From Chlorokybus atmophyticus (lineage: Eukaryota; Plantae; Mesostigma and Chlorokybus algae): 64,000 bases of DNA. The position numbers were made by a program, and so were the translations under genes. This document shows positions 1 to 13,034 of the stretch, in pieces. The stretch covers positions 183,128 to 247,127 of the forward strand of contig RHPI01003491.1 of the NCBI GenBank assembly GCA_009103225.1, written 5' to 3'. Below the pieces are notes generated by a model, which ran no database searches, was not told where the DNA came from, and saw nothing but the letters and a program-made list of their open reading frames with translations. Numbering within the stretch: position 1 is the stretch's first letter; every line of letters starts with the position of its first letter.

Positions 1-1900
1 CTCTTGGGTACATGCGTAGCGGAAACTGTGCATGTTGATGCTGAGTGCCGTAGGCTTTAAAGTGCGCCATGTCTGTCCACTAGGCACCATGCTTCGCTAC
101 CCATGAGCAAATCGTACCCCGCCTTGATCACCGAGCATTGTGTGCATATGGCAATGCGATCAGCGCGTTGTGTCCCCACCAAGATGATTGTCAACTTTTG
201 CTTCGTCCATCCTTGCACAAAGTCACGTGCGCCTGTGGCAATGGTGATGACGTATGGACAAGGCTTGAGCCCGTTGGCGGTAAGGCCTAAGCCTCTACTG
301 CGTGCCGCCCCAAAATTGTGGGCTAGCCCCTGTGTTAAACATGTTCTGAGGCAAATCCGTCCACCAGTACGTGTGCGGTGGTGTTGTCTACCATAGCAGT
401 TTTGGGAATAAGACTTTCAGCTCCCGCCGCCGTGTGTCGTGTTGTAAACCCACCGCTACATCCTTACCTTTTCTGCCAGCCACTCGACGCTGTTCCCCTT
501 GTTGGGTGTTGCGGCATACTTCTGCGGCGGTGGCGCGTACAAATGCTTCCCTCCACTCGTGCAGTTTGCATTCTTCTGCTGGCGTGTGTGGCCCGGGTTG
601 TCTTGCTATTGCCTGCAGGTCCTCTATCTCTTGATCCATGGTTTGATGAAGGTCGCCAGCATCTCTAGCTCCGTGGGTCGCATGGTGCCCAGGCCTTGCC
701 GTATCTTTCTGGCAAATTCCCCTTCATCCACAGCGCGATATAGTTCCATTCACGTCAACACCTCCGTCGGTGGAGGTTGGTCCGGCCGCCGCGCCATCTC
801 TGCTTGCCGCACGTGCAGCGCTGTTGGTCATACTGTCTATCGTCTCTATCGCTGCAGCTCACCTCTATCCTCCCAAAAGCATTCGTCAGGCCAATTCACG
901 ATGGCTGATATCATGAACCTCGCTGGACATACACTGCATTGCGTCGGTCTTTGCCCAAAGAATTTGCCAGAATGTGTGCATACCGTCCATTCCTCAGCTC
1001 GCTTACTTTTAAGTTCCGCTGCGTGAATGCTGCTGGTGAGTTGGGCAGCGCATACATTGGGTAAGGGTCTGGTGTCCGCAACCCTGAGGGTGTGTCATGA
1101 TTAGGGTTAGCTGCATAGAATTCTCGTGCATACGTGCGCGTTGTGGCCTGCCGTAACAACCACGCGCGCCACAATGGCACTCCGAATAATCGAATCCGAT
1201 GGGTGGCAAGGACTTCACCACAAAAGGCCATGGTCAGCGTATGTGCGCTCATGTATGGTTCCACCCCTAGCTCCACTTTCAATAGTGCCATGACTGGTAC
1301 CACGGGTTTATGGAGGAAGGCTGTGTCCGTGCCGGTGTAATCCTGCAACTGCTGCAACAATGACGCATGTTCTTCACGCTCAGGATCTTCTTCTCCTTGT
1401 TGCAGCCGTGCATCTTGCAAGTCCACCATCACATTAATAGGGAACATCTCGATCCATGACGGTCGTCTTATAGGTGCTGGTATCTGCTGGCGTATTTGCA
1501 TCTGGTATTGACGCAAAGTGAACGGGGCCTGCAGCATCCGATAGCATGGGATGACACGTGGTGCAAAGGGTGGGCTAAGCTCTAGCAGCTGCGTGTATGT
1601 GTCTTTTGCATGTTTGCCACCTGTATGGCTGCTTCCCGTACCAACATAGCCTCATATGAAGCGTGTTACTGGAGGTGCCCCTTCAGCTTGTGCATGTTTT
1701 TGGTAGGTGGTGAGCGGTGCCATGGGTGTCCTTATCATCCCTTCCAACACCCTATGTCGTTGTGCCGTAGTCACCGCTCCATCACTGAACAGACAGTACC
1801 TCATCAGCTGGTCGTAGTCGCGCGTGAATTGCACCTGTCGTATAGCTATGGCGCATGGTTCTTCCAACTGTGTTATTTGTAGGTGAAGTGCTCCTTCCTC
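1..1900 (-). mobile_element. Degenerate retroelement remnant (gag-like region plus retropepsin-like protease at ~57-410)
   Basis: Minus strand 410->57 reads, across small frameshifts, ...VLVDG..[N]TGA(Q)PTILGRHAVE.LGL...KAGYDLLMG. This resembles a retropepsin DTG motif (D->N) with its closing hydrophobic-G motif. The region upstream is broken ORFs with many stops. Ends not found. Confidence 0.4.
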
Positions 1901-2969
1901 ATTTAGCGGCGCTCATGCCACCTCTCTAAAGTCCTGTCGGCTGTCTGCTAGCTGCTCTTGCAGCTTTGGTACTATGGTGGTGAAAGAGTCCCTTCTTGTG
2001 GTAGTGGAGCATGAACTCCCCTGCCCGTAGCAAGAACCTGACCTCTAGTATTGACATTCACCCTGCAGGTTTAGCTACGACACAAGCGTTTTTTCTCCAG
2101 CAGTGAGACAGCAAGTCAACAGGCTGAATGCAATTTAAACGGCTGTACCAATCAAACTGCCAGCTTGTGAACTTGCACAAGAGAGACAATGGCATGCGCA
2201 CACCGAAGGATGAGAAATAACAACTCATGCAGCAAAGGGATTAAAGGCACAGCGCAAGCATCAAGCACAAGTACATATAGTACTAGTGCGCATGTGCGTA
2301 AATACACTCAAGCAAAGCAACAAGCATAAGCAAGTACAGAAAGGATTAGACCCATGGAATGGCAGAAAACGGGGTTACTCCGGTTCCACTTGAACACTTG
2401 CTGTCTTACTAAGGAACTGTACAGCTGCACATAGTACATATATCCGAGGTAGCAACTGGCAGTTACACTAGCAACCATTAGGCTAAGGATCTGTACGCCA
2501 CGGCCGTCCTTCTTCAAGCCTCCCGCACTTCCTTGCGCTTGTTCAGCTGCTTGCCGAGTTTCTCGCCATAATGTCCGCGGTCTTGTGCTTTTGTCAGTCC
2601 GCCATGTCGGCGGCGCTTGGCCTTCCTCCGTCTGCCATGTTGTGCTACTAATGCAGTTCCTGGGGATCGGCTACTGCGGTCAATATATGCTTCTGACTTA
2701 TCTGTGCATACTGCCTGTAAGAATAAGTCGAGATCATTTGTTATTGAGGGTCCCTCGCATGACATGTGTGCATACACTCTCGCACACACACACGCGCGCG
2801 CGCAGAGTAACACCATGCGTGCGTGCATTGTTATACCAAAGTTGTCGATTGAAATGCCAAAAAGGTTTTTGATTTTGGACACTTACAAGCGTGATGCGCA
2901 TTGTATATCATATAAGGATTACAACGGGCGTTCTGAAAAGCATACCGCATTTACTCGTATACTTGCCCC

Positions 2970-3275
2970 NNNNNNNNNNNNNNNNNNNNNNNNNNNNNNN
3001 NNNNNNNNNNNNNNNNNNNNNNNNNNNNNNNNNNNNNNNNNNNNNNNNNNNNNNNNNNNNNNNNNNNNNNNNNNNNNNNNNNNNNNNNNNNNNNNNNNNN
3101 NNNNNNNNNNNNNNNNNNNNNNNNNNNNNNNNNNNNNNNNNNNNNNNNNNNNNNNNNNNNNNNNNNNNNNNNNNNNNNNNNNNNNNNNNNNNNNNNNNNN
3201 NNNNNNNNNNNNNNNNNNNNNNNNNNNNNNNNNNNNNNNNNNNNNNNNNNNNNNNNNNNNNNNNNNNNNNNNNNN
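2970..3275. other. Assembly gap (N run)
   Basis: Run of N. Confidence 0.99.
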
Positions 3276-3815
3276 CCTCCCACGGGCATACAAGTCCCCT
3301 GGCAAAGTGCTTTTGAACATGATGGGGCCTATATTAACGCCATTTTACGGGAGCACAAATAGGCTTGATACATGGCCTCCTCAAGAAAATAGGGTGAGGG
3401 GCTTATATTTATAGTTGAGGTTTCTGTTCAAGTAAATACGGTACTCATTTGTGAATGGCTACCTGCGTTGCATGAACCACACTTATTATCCAGCATAACA
3501 CCGTGGGCGAACAATGGTGGCGGCTTTGATATTGACGTGTTGGGTCAACGCTGTGAACCAAGGGCCACGAGTCATGGCCCATGACGGTTTTCTATGCCCC
3601 ATGCTGCATGCACGACACTGTGCGTTGCTGACATGGTACATGCCGAGCCCGATGATCACTTTCATCAGTGTTGATTCAGTCTGATGAACGTTCCAGAATG
3701 CACTGCATAGCCAGGACGGTGCTATGAGCGTCGGCCGTCGGCGGCAGTGGAGGTGGCGGGCTGCGGAGTCAGTTAAAGGCGGAGGAGGAGAAGGAGGAGC
3801 AGAATCTGCTGTACG

Positions 3816-5588
3816 ATGAGCAAGAAGGAGCTGTCTTACAGGTCATTTGCTGCCATACTCTTGTCCTGCATTGCTGCAGAAGAGCTATGACGCCACACGT
3901 GGTTGCAAGCACTGCATGCTCGATTACGACTAGCTGCTGCTGCTATTTGGCAGCGCGAATGCATGTGCTCTATACCACTTGACACAATACACATATGCAC
4001 ATGCGTAAAGTTTGTCTCAACAGGTACTGGACGAGCGACGCCGCCAGCAGCGAACAAGCAGCAGCGAAACCGCCGGCGCCGAAGCAGCTGAGTCAGGAGG
4101 AGGCTGCGCAGCTCAACCGCACCGATTCAGCTGGATCTATCTGGAACCAGGTTTGGGATGCTGTTATCGCTGTCAATGTGTTTGCATTGTGTGTAGCTCA
4201 GTTCACAAAGCATGGCCCTGCGGGTTGGTTGTTCTACTATTGACTGGGCTTGCTCGTGGGAGTCATCCTGCGGAGGAGGCCAGTACGAATTGAACAGGCA
4301 GATATGTCAACCTTTCAATTCATAAGTGTATCCGCTTTGGGAGTTTATCACTGTGAAGTGTACAGAGCAGTGCTAATTTGCTGAGTCATGTAGGTGCACT
4401 CGTAGTTTGTACACTGGGTTTGTAGTAGTTTATACATTGCTTGTGTACACAGTTCAAACACTGGCATGTAGCTTACAGCTTATACCAGATTGTGGGCGCG
4501 TACATGCGCGAATGCGTGCGTATCTGTAAATGTGCGGGCGTATTCGCGTGCATGCGATCAAAGTAGTAGTAAGCAGAAAGCAGATGCTGCATGTCTAGGT
4601 TTCACTATGATAGCTATCATGGGACAGGCTGGCACATGGGAGGAAAAGAATGTGACGGAGTGGGCTCGCAGCCGGCTCAAGGTAATAGCTGACTCTGTGT
4701 ACTTGGTATGTATCCATATTCTTTACTTTTTGAGGTTGTGCATTCCGACCCTGTATGCAGTACGTATGCATAAGTCTGCGCACTTAAAGGCCAATGCACA
4801 GTCGATAGAGCATAGACGTCGTTGTGCTTGCATACACCACATGCATTCCCATGTGACTCCCTGCCATTAGCAACTAAACTGAGGCCATGCATGGCTTCAG
4901 ACACTGCTTGTGGGTTTGGAAGCTTCTACAAGCAACTGCAGCTTGCAGACGACACAAGTGAACAAGTGCGAAGGCGACGTAAGTACAACGCATTGTGCAA
5001 CTTGACAAATTGTTGTTGTGGATGAGCATGCGTGACAAAGGCAACTCCCTGTTGCTGTCCTGTAGGCCATTCTATTTGTTGTGCGAGGCCAGCAGCGATT
5101 CAACTTTGACTTTGATGTCACGACTGAATGGGCCGGTGAGTGCTAATGTTCACAACGTGTTGGCAACGTACGTGTATGAACCGCGTGCACTGCTCGTTAA
5201 GGTAGGCTTACATTTTACATGTTGCAGGGACTGTGACAGATGATGATAACACGGTTGATGTTGTGGGAACATTCAGACTACCTGACCTGACTCCAGATGA
5301 GCTGGACAGTATGGAGGTAAGGGCCTATAGAATTGCAATTCCAATTGCAATATCCTGTTGTTTAACTTGTCCAAACTGTGATAAACGCAACAACTGCACT
5401 GTGATGCAAGAACATGACTCTGCATGTTTGTTTGTGGTTGTGTTTAGGATCAGTTGGACTTGAGCGTGCGCAGTTCAAGCGAAGCAGCCAAGCGATTGGC
5501 GCTCGCCACAGCGAAGCACCTGGTTGGTCCGCTTGAAAAACGCTTGCGCGAGTTTGAGAAAGAGTTGAAACAGATGTGCGGGCAATAA
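3816..5588 (+). CDS. Activator of Hsp90 ATPase N-terminal (Aha1_N) domain protein, ~6 exons
   Basis: Spliced peptide MSKKELSY|RYWTSDAA..KQLSQEEAAQL..GSIWNQ|AGTWEEKNVTEWARSRLK|TLLVG..NKCEGD|AILFVVRGQQRFNFDFDVTTEW|..GTFRLPDLTPDELDSME|..REFEKELKQMCGQ*. GT-AG junctions are in phase. WN-AGTWEEK is typical of the plant Aha1_N-only family. Confidence 0.88.
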
Positions 5589-5678
5589 TAATGTTACAAG
5601 TGTTACAGCCGGTCCTGTGTCATGAGTGTGGGCGTGACCACTATTCTGCAACTTTGTTATGCTAGCAATTATCAAAAA

Positions 5679-7379
5679 TCATGGGGTGCGAGGCGTCCCG
5701 CACTCGGAGCAAAACTTTGAGGTCTCGCGCACGAACGCGCAACCGCACTCATCGCAAAACTTGGGTGCTGATGCTGCTGAGCCTGCAGCATTCCCACTTG
5801 AGGCCTGCATTGAGTTGGTTTGTGTCAATGGACAAGCAAAGCTCTTAGCATGCGTTTTAGAAGATGTCGAATAGGGTTCCACACTTGTGCAGCTGAGGTA
5901 TGTGCACAACACGCCCACATTCACCCAGGACTCGCCTTTGTGCTGTTTTGGCTGCGGGGTTGAGCCCGTTCAGCCGCACTTGCGCCGTTTGTGATGTCAC
6001 TAAGTTGAGGTTGCCCGCTGGCACCAACGGTCTTTGCTAGCTCGTGGCTCTTGCGCATGGGTGGCTGGGCAGCTTGCTTGGCGGCCTTGTGCGCTGAATG
6101 ATAGAAGTGGGAAAGGAAGGTAAGGTGAGCGAATGATGGTACTAAGGTGAGCACAGAAGGTAGCGCTGCTTTGAGGCAGGCACATTTGGTAATGAACTAC
6201 ACCAAATGTCCTTGTGCATGCGCGCGCACACACCCTCACACATTCAGCTGCATCCTCTCTTTACCGTATGCAGGCACTCGTGGGGCACACACACGTACAC
6301 ACACACTTACTGGCGCATAGACATGTTTGTGCACAACAAACCTGTAGGTGTAGTGGGCGCGCTGTGCGTGTTACTGCTCGTTGAGGGCCGCTCAACCTTT
6401 GAGGCAAATTAGTAAGTTCTTTGGAGAATACAACAACCACACCAGCGCATGCAGTTACAAGCAGCACTTGGAAACAAACAGACGTAAGTCTTACCTTTGC
6501 CTGCAGCGCAGGCTGTTTAGCCTGTACTGGCTTATTCGACAGGGAAGCAGATGTCAACGCCGTTCCTGTAGACAACAAAGGCACATGAGGTGAGCGTCCA
6601 TAAGTGGTTTAATACCAGATAACACAACACTATAGTAGTCACATAGTCGCACCAGCAGGCTTGGCAGGGTTCTCCGGCGTGCACGACTTATGGTGCCTCG
6701 CGAGCGCCTCCGGCCGGAATGTCCGCCCGCAGTTGGCACAAGACTCGAGGGTCCGCTTCTCCCATTGCTCATACATCCTTCACACGCACAAGCCAACACA
6801 TCAGTTATTATGTTGGCTTTTGCGCAGTACACTCAGTGAACACCCCTCCTCTTCCAACACACACACGCGCGTGTATGTTGGGGGAAGAAGGGTGCACACG
6901 CGCGTGTGCTTCCTGTATGTATGTGTATGCGTGCGTGTGCCGTGCACTTCCCCCAACACACGCATGCACATGCAGACACACACATACGCACGTGTGTGCG
7001 CACACACATCATCAGCAGACCCAACACATATGACCACACTCCCCCCTCATACTTGTCATTGAACTCCTGCGTGGCCTTGGCGTCCATCCCCTCCTTCGGC
7101 ATCGCGTCCAGCCCCTCTGGCGGCTGCGGCAGCGGCCTGCGCTCGCGGGGGGGCTTCTGGGACTCCTGGGTCAGCCACGCCTTCTTGCACTGGTCTTGGT
7201 GGATGGGGAGACTGCCCGGGGGAGGGGGAGGGGGGAGGGGTTGGATGTGGGAGATGCGGGTGCGTGGGGGTGGATGGGAGTGGGGGTGGATGGGAGTGCA
7301 AATGCGTGAGTGTGGGGGTGTGGGGGTATGGGTGTGAGGGGCGGGGGGAGTGTGGGTATGTATGTGTGAACGGGTGCGC

Positions 7380-7430
<51 letters not shown>

Positions 7431-7795
7431 NNNNNNNNNNNNNNNNNNNNNNNNNNNNNNNNNNNNNNNNNNNNNNNNNNNNNNNNNNNNNNNNNNNNNN
7501 NNNNNNNNNNNNNNNNNNNNNNNNNNNNNNNNNNNNNNNNNNNNNNNNNNNNNNNNNNNNNNNNNNNNNNNNNNNNNNNNNNNNNNNNNNNNNNNNNNNN
7601 NNNNNNNNNNNNNNNNNNNNNNNNNNNNNNNNNNNNNNNNNNNNNNNNNNNNNNNNNNNNNNNNNNNNNNNNNNNNNNNNNNNNNNNNNNNNNNNNNNNN
7701 NNNNNNNNNNNNNNNNNNNNNNNNNNNNNNNNNNNNNNNNNNNNNNNNNNNNNNNNNNNNNNNNNNNNNNNNNNNNNNNNNNNNNNNNNNNNNNN

Positions 7796-7874
<79 letters not shown>

Positions 7875-8109
7875 GAGGTTCCACTATGCTGTCAAGAAGG
7901 GAGACATACAAAGTACATGCTGATTTTCAGTACAGTAGTGTAAGCTTATGATCAAAACCATACTAGTATTGACTTGGTGCAATCAGCTGTTTGCAGAATG
8001 CACGCAGCGATGCTGTGACCCACCTCTTCGTGCCATACTCTCTGCCGCACAGGTAGCACATCAGCATGCGTGGCCTTGACGCCGGGTTGCTGCTGTACGC
8101 GATATCCAT
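5679..8109 (-). CDS. C2HC-type zinc-finger protein (zf-C2HC_2, ZNF474/ZC2HC1-like) with C-terminal double zinc ribbon
   Basis: Exons MDIAYSSNPASRPRMLMCYLCGREYGTK|SLPIHQDQCKKAW..QEFNDK|MYEQWEKRTLESCANCGRTFRPEALARHHKSC..; last exon KFCDECGCAFVRETSKFCSECGTPRTP*. Middle exons (6100-6420) only partly resolved; one intron contains the GA repeat and a gap. Confidence 0.8.
7382..7868. repeat. (GA)n microsatellite interrupted by an assembly gap (7431-7795)
   Basis: Perfect AG dinucleotide runs on both sides of the N run. Confidence 0.95.
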
Positions 8110-8588
8110 CTTGTCTGGCACTGGCGCCTCCACCGCCTCCAGTAGCCTCAAGCCTGGCCTGGCCCGATCTACCGCGATCAAGGCTCGGCCTGGTACGGTC
8201 CGGCCTGGTCTGGTCTGGTCAAAAGTTGAGTTGACGGCAAACGGCCTGGCCGAATGGTTATTTACAGTTGGTTAATAAGCGTGTCTGCTCGTGGTTAACA
8301 GGACGGTGAAGTAAAGTAGCCTCAAATCTTGCTGTTTGCCGTTAGCCATAATCCAGACGGCGCTATGCTTGGCGTCAGTGGCGGCATGGTCGGTGGCATT
8401 GTCGGCGGTAGGGTTGGGCGGCGCACCATGCTTGAGAAGCAGTAAGAATTCTTGCGGGGGATTAAGTAAGTTACTTCTCAGGCATTGATCGAGTTTGTTT
8501 AGGGTAGCAATGGAGGACATGAGCGACAAGCGGGGCGCCTGGACGGAAGGGGATGGGGAGGGAGAAGGAGAGGCAGCGTCTGAAAGGT

Positions 8589-8596
8589 TAGGGTTT
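8589..8596 (-). promoter_or_regulatory. Telo-box (AAACCCTA) in the divergent zinc-finger/SET intergenic region
   Basis: TAGGGTTT on +; short motif, so a chance occurrence is possible. Confidence 0.3.
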
Positions 8597-9381
8597 GAGA
8601 TGTTGTCCTGTAATTAATTTTCTACTAGTTGTATTACCTGTACTCTCAAGCAAGCCTGTTTGGAATGTGAGAAGAATCACACTGGGAGTAAACTGCAGAC
8701 CGGAATGCAAGGCCATGCGACACAATCACAGGCATCTTGGGCAATGCACACCGTGAACACAAGCACGCATGCATGCGTCACGGTGTGCATTCCATACTAT
8801 GCATGCGAAGCATGTTTGTTCCGAGAATCTCTGGGGTAGTTTAGTTTGAGACTTTGGTAATCTTTATCCCGTGCCATTTTCACGTCTTGTAAGCCAAGTG
8901 TACAGCAGCTTACATGACGCGTGTTACGTTGCGTTGAAACACGCAATGCGGTGCAATGCAGGCATTGCATTGCATCACATTGCCTTGTAATGCCTTGCAA
9001 TGCATGGGAAGGCAGGGCAGCGTTAAGGCACTCATTGCAGTCGGTTGGTGTCTCCCACAATCTAACGCTTACCACCTTACATCATAAGGTTGTGTGCAGT
9101 ATTGTAGTCTAATACACTGCCTTGCAAATGTCACATGCATGTTTCTTGTGGATCGGAAGCTTTTAGGTTGGTGTCTGTGTCTGTGTTTAACCTTCTCCAG
9201 AGTCAGCCAATGTCCACTTTGCAACCATTTGATCAAGAATAGCCAGTTGATTTTGAGATGACTCAACTGTGAGCTTACCCTGTGTGCTGTCAACTCGCAG
9301 GGCAGTCTCGTGACCAGCCTAGTCAGCAGCCACAAAGCACCATCGGCCGCGACAGTTTGATAACTCTAGGTAACAGCGTTG

Positions 9382-12300
9382 ATGGCTGAAGCGAATGAGG
9401 CGCCAGAATGGCAGTGCCACGCATGCACGTGCTCGAACCCTGAGAGCTTCCTCTTGTGCGCAACATGCCAGACCCAAAGAGCGCCATGCACCGGAGGTAC
9501 AGCGCGTGCATGCGTTCACGTCTGCATTCGCATGCATGTGGGAATTATATATGCGCGTGCCTGCGTATATGTATTGGTGGGCGCGTGCACGTATGCGCGT
9601 GCTTGTGCGCGCGCACACGTGCGTGTGTGCGCTTGTATGAAGTGCATGTTTGAGGCTGATGCTCTGTGCCACAGATTGGCAATGCCCGCGATGCAAATAC
9701 GTCAACAAAAAGCCCAAGAAGGGCAAGAAGCCAGCATGCTACTGGTGCACGAAGCTCGTAAAAAACACAGGCTCGTTTACCAAAGAAGAAGATGAAGCAC
9801 CCTCAGAGCAGATCGACAACAACAACAACAACACCAATAACAACAACAACAACAACAACAACAGCATTGCTGATGACAAAGAACAGGCAGGCCCTTCTGC
9901 AGCCCAAACCGCAACCCAACCCGCAGCCATTACTGCACCCACTCCTGCAGCCGCTCCTTCAGCAAGCCCCTGCAAGCCGAGCTTCGCCAATCAAGGCAGA
10001 GTTTCGCCTGCGATAGTGGTGGCGAAGCCGCCTGCTGCGAGGCCGCGTACGCCTGCGGATGATCCAATCAGGGAGAGTGCGGTGGCGCTCGGCAGACGCG
10101 CTGCGAACAACAACAATGGCAAGAGTGTGATGAGACTGGACAGCGGCAAGAAGGAGCAGCTGCAGGCAAGTTGAAATGTAGTTGTAAACGTGTTTGTACG
10201 CGAATGATGGCTGTTGGGATGCCAATGTGTTGCATACATCGTACATTCACTCTATGGTATGTTGCACAATGTCACAGAGTGCCAGATTGATGTGTTTGTT
10301 ACAAGAGTCTGACTCATTCTCTTCCTCAGTCGGCTCCCAAGCCTCAGACTAGTCTGGGTAGAAGCAATGGTCCCTACGCGGTATGTGTAGCATAAAGCTC
10401 CCGCGTTTTACTTTTTTCGTTTTCTCAGCTTCGTTAGGCCGTTTCAGTTTAGCAGGCTGATAGATTATGCACAGGCAAGTGTCCCTCCAGCTGCGGAAGG
10501 CTCGTGCCCGGTCAGGACGCGGCCGCTTCACCGAGATCTGACCGGGTTGAGCTCGCTGCCAAATGAAGAGCAGGCCAAGCAGAAGCGCATGAAGATGGCA
10601 GAGAACAACGACTTGGACAACAAGGCAGAGTGCAGCAATGCCCGACAGGCTAATGGCAACGACAACATCAACAACAGGAGTAACAGCAACGGCAACCACC
10701 ACCATGACGACGATGACAACCACCACCACAACAGGAGCAACAACAACGACAACAACGTCATCAACCATAATAGCAGCGGCGGCGCCAACAGTGATGGCCA
10801 TTCTCTTCGCGACAAACATAGTAAGCTCTCTGTCAGTAATAGCCTTGTCGCCGGAGTATGTCTCCTTATCATTTCATGTATTGTGTACACATTGACATAC
10901 AGAAACATGTGCATGCATCCGAATGCACACGCACGCGCAGAGCGAAGTTGGGCTCAAGTCCCACACACACTGGCACACACAAACACATACTTCCCTTCCC
11001 TCCTTCAGAAGTCATCAAAGAGGACATCTCCAACGGCCGTGAGCGGCACGCCATCCCCGCCGTCAACGATGCAGACGACGTGCTGTTGCCCTTTGTGAAC
11101 GCCCGCAGCGGTGAGGACAACGAGGAGGAGGAGCAGGGTGAGAGCAAAGTGTTTCGCTACGTCGCGCAGAGCGTGTCGGCGGACGGCATGCATGGCCTCC
11201 CCGCAAGCCAGCGCCTCACGGGGTGTGATTGCAATGGGGGAAACTGCCTCGACAACCCGGCAGCCTGCAAATGCACCGGCGTGAGTTGGATGTGTGTTGC
11301 GTGTGTATGCGTAAGCAGACTAGTGTGTAATTGACACACACACATGCGCATAGAACTATACGCACACGATCACAAAGGCACACGCGTCCGTACAGATGGG
11401 TGCACGCAACAATGGAAGACATGTGTGCGCGCGCACACACAGCAGACACATGCTTCATTGTCGCATGCATCTGTTCTCTCTTTCTTCATTGAGTGAACAA
11501 AACCACATACTCACAAGTTGATTGTTCGATGCCCAATGTGGCAATATCAATAACACGTGATGCTCCACTTTGTTTCAGGAGGCCAGGGGCGATTTCTGCT
11601 ACGAGAAGGACGGCCGGCTAAAAAGCCGCTTCGCGATGGACTACAGGAGCTGCGAGGGAGGCGGGAAAGGCGCCTACGTGTACGAGTGCAACATGCTGTG
11701 CGCATGCCATGCCAGGAACTGCGGCAACCGTGTCGTGCAAAAAGGCATCGCGCAGAAACTGCAGGTGTGTCATTGAGCAGCAACATGTCTCGCAACTTTG
11801 TGCACGTCTGTACGGGGGGCTACGTCTGGCGTGCTGATCAATGGCATGTGTGTATGTGTGTTGGCATGTGCACGTGCATGTGCATGTGCATGTGCATGTG
11901 CGTGTGAATGTGTGTATGCAAACATGGCAGTGGTGTGCACATCTTTTATTGTTGTTTCTTGCGCTGTGGGTTCGCAACATCTAGTATGCCCTCTACACAG
12001 GTGTTCAGAACGAAAGGCAAAGGGTGGGGAGTGCAGGCGCTGGAACGGATCTGCGCACGGGCCTTTGTGTTCGCGTACGCGGGGGAGATACTCACCAACG
12101 CGCAAGCCACGGAGCGCCTTGAGAAGTGAGGACACAGCATGTTGCTTTGCTAGTATGCGCTGTTTACCTTCACAGCTTAATTTACATCATGCATGCTGCC
12201 TTGTATGAACGGGTAAGGTTGTTTTGCTGAGACGTGGATGCGATGTGTCCAACTTTCTACCCAACAGTGTGCCGATGGCGCGGCGGTGCCACACAATGGA

Positions 12301-13034
12301 ACTGGACGCGGACAGGTTTCTAGAGTACGAGTACGGTCCCGATCGCGGGGGCCTCGGCGACACTGAACTCCTGACCATCGATGCCAACCGCATCGGCAAT
12401 GTCGCCAGCTTCCTCAATCATAGGTGGGATTGTGTTGTCTGAAGCTGAGTGTGTCGTTCTTCAACCTTGCAAGCGATACATTCCACTCCTGCTGGCACAC
12501 CACACGCATGTGCATGCATGCACGAACAAACGTAGATGAACGCGCACCCGCACACCCGCTTCCTAGTTGAAGTGCATGTGTGTGCGCGCGTGCACAACAA
12601 CACATCTATGCGCAGTTGTGACCCGAATTTGTTCTATCGACCTGTGCTTGTGGACGTGCACGACACGCACTGCTACACGCCCTCGTTCTTTGCGCTTCGT
12701 GACATTGAGCCCATGGAGGAGCTCACCTGGGACTACGGCAAGTATGACGCACCGGATATTGAGTACATACCTGTGAGTGAGTCTTTGTCAAGCATTATGC
12801 GAACTTGTGCTGTGCCATTCATAAGCCTTGTCATCATTGACTGTTACGTCTCGGTTTCTGTGTGGTATCTTCTTCCCTTCTGTGCACTTCCGTTAGCTGT
12901 AGCTGAAATCACTCTGCGTGTGCGTGTGTGTTTGCGTGTTGCTCGAGCAGTCGTTCAAGTGCCTGTGCGGTTCTGCCAAGTGTCGCGATAAACGACCTCC
13001 CTCTCGCAACGGCAATGGCGCTCGCAACAGATGA
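9382..13034 (+). CDS. SU(VAR)3-9-like histone lysine methyltransferase (pre-SET/SET/post-SET) with two N-terminal RanBP2-type zinc fingers
   Basis: Zinc fingers WQCHACTCSNPESFLLCATC and WQCPRCKYVN..CYWC; N-rich linker; pre-SET DISNGRE..GCDC..C..CKC..YECNMLCACHARNCGNRVVQKG; SET VFRTKGKGWGV..YAGEI, DANRIGNVASFLNH|SCDPNL, FFALRDIEPMEELTWDYG; post-SET CLCGSAKCR. Confidence 0.9.

Noticed and set aside
2308-2640. Possible small minus-strand gene (KLGKQLNKRKEVREA / ASCYLGYMYY fragments)
   Set aside because: No consistent start, splice and stop model and no recognisable family.
2617-3414. Long ORFs spanning N runs (also 7171-7943, 16234-16877, 40487-40756, 61486-62014)
   Set aside because: Artefacts of translating through gaps and microsatellites.
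6661-7337. Many overlapping ORFs rich in HT/CV/RA repeats (and similar ones in most introns)
   Set aside because: Translations of CA/TG-rich intron sequence.
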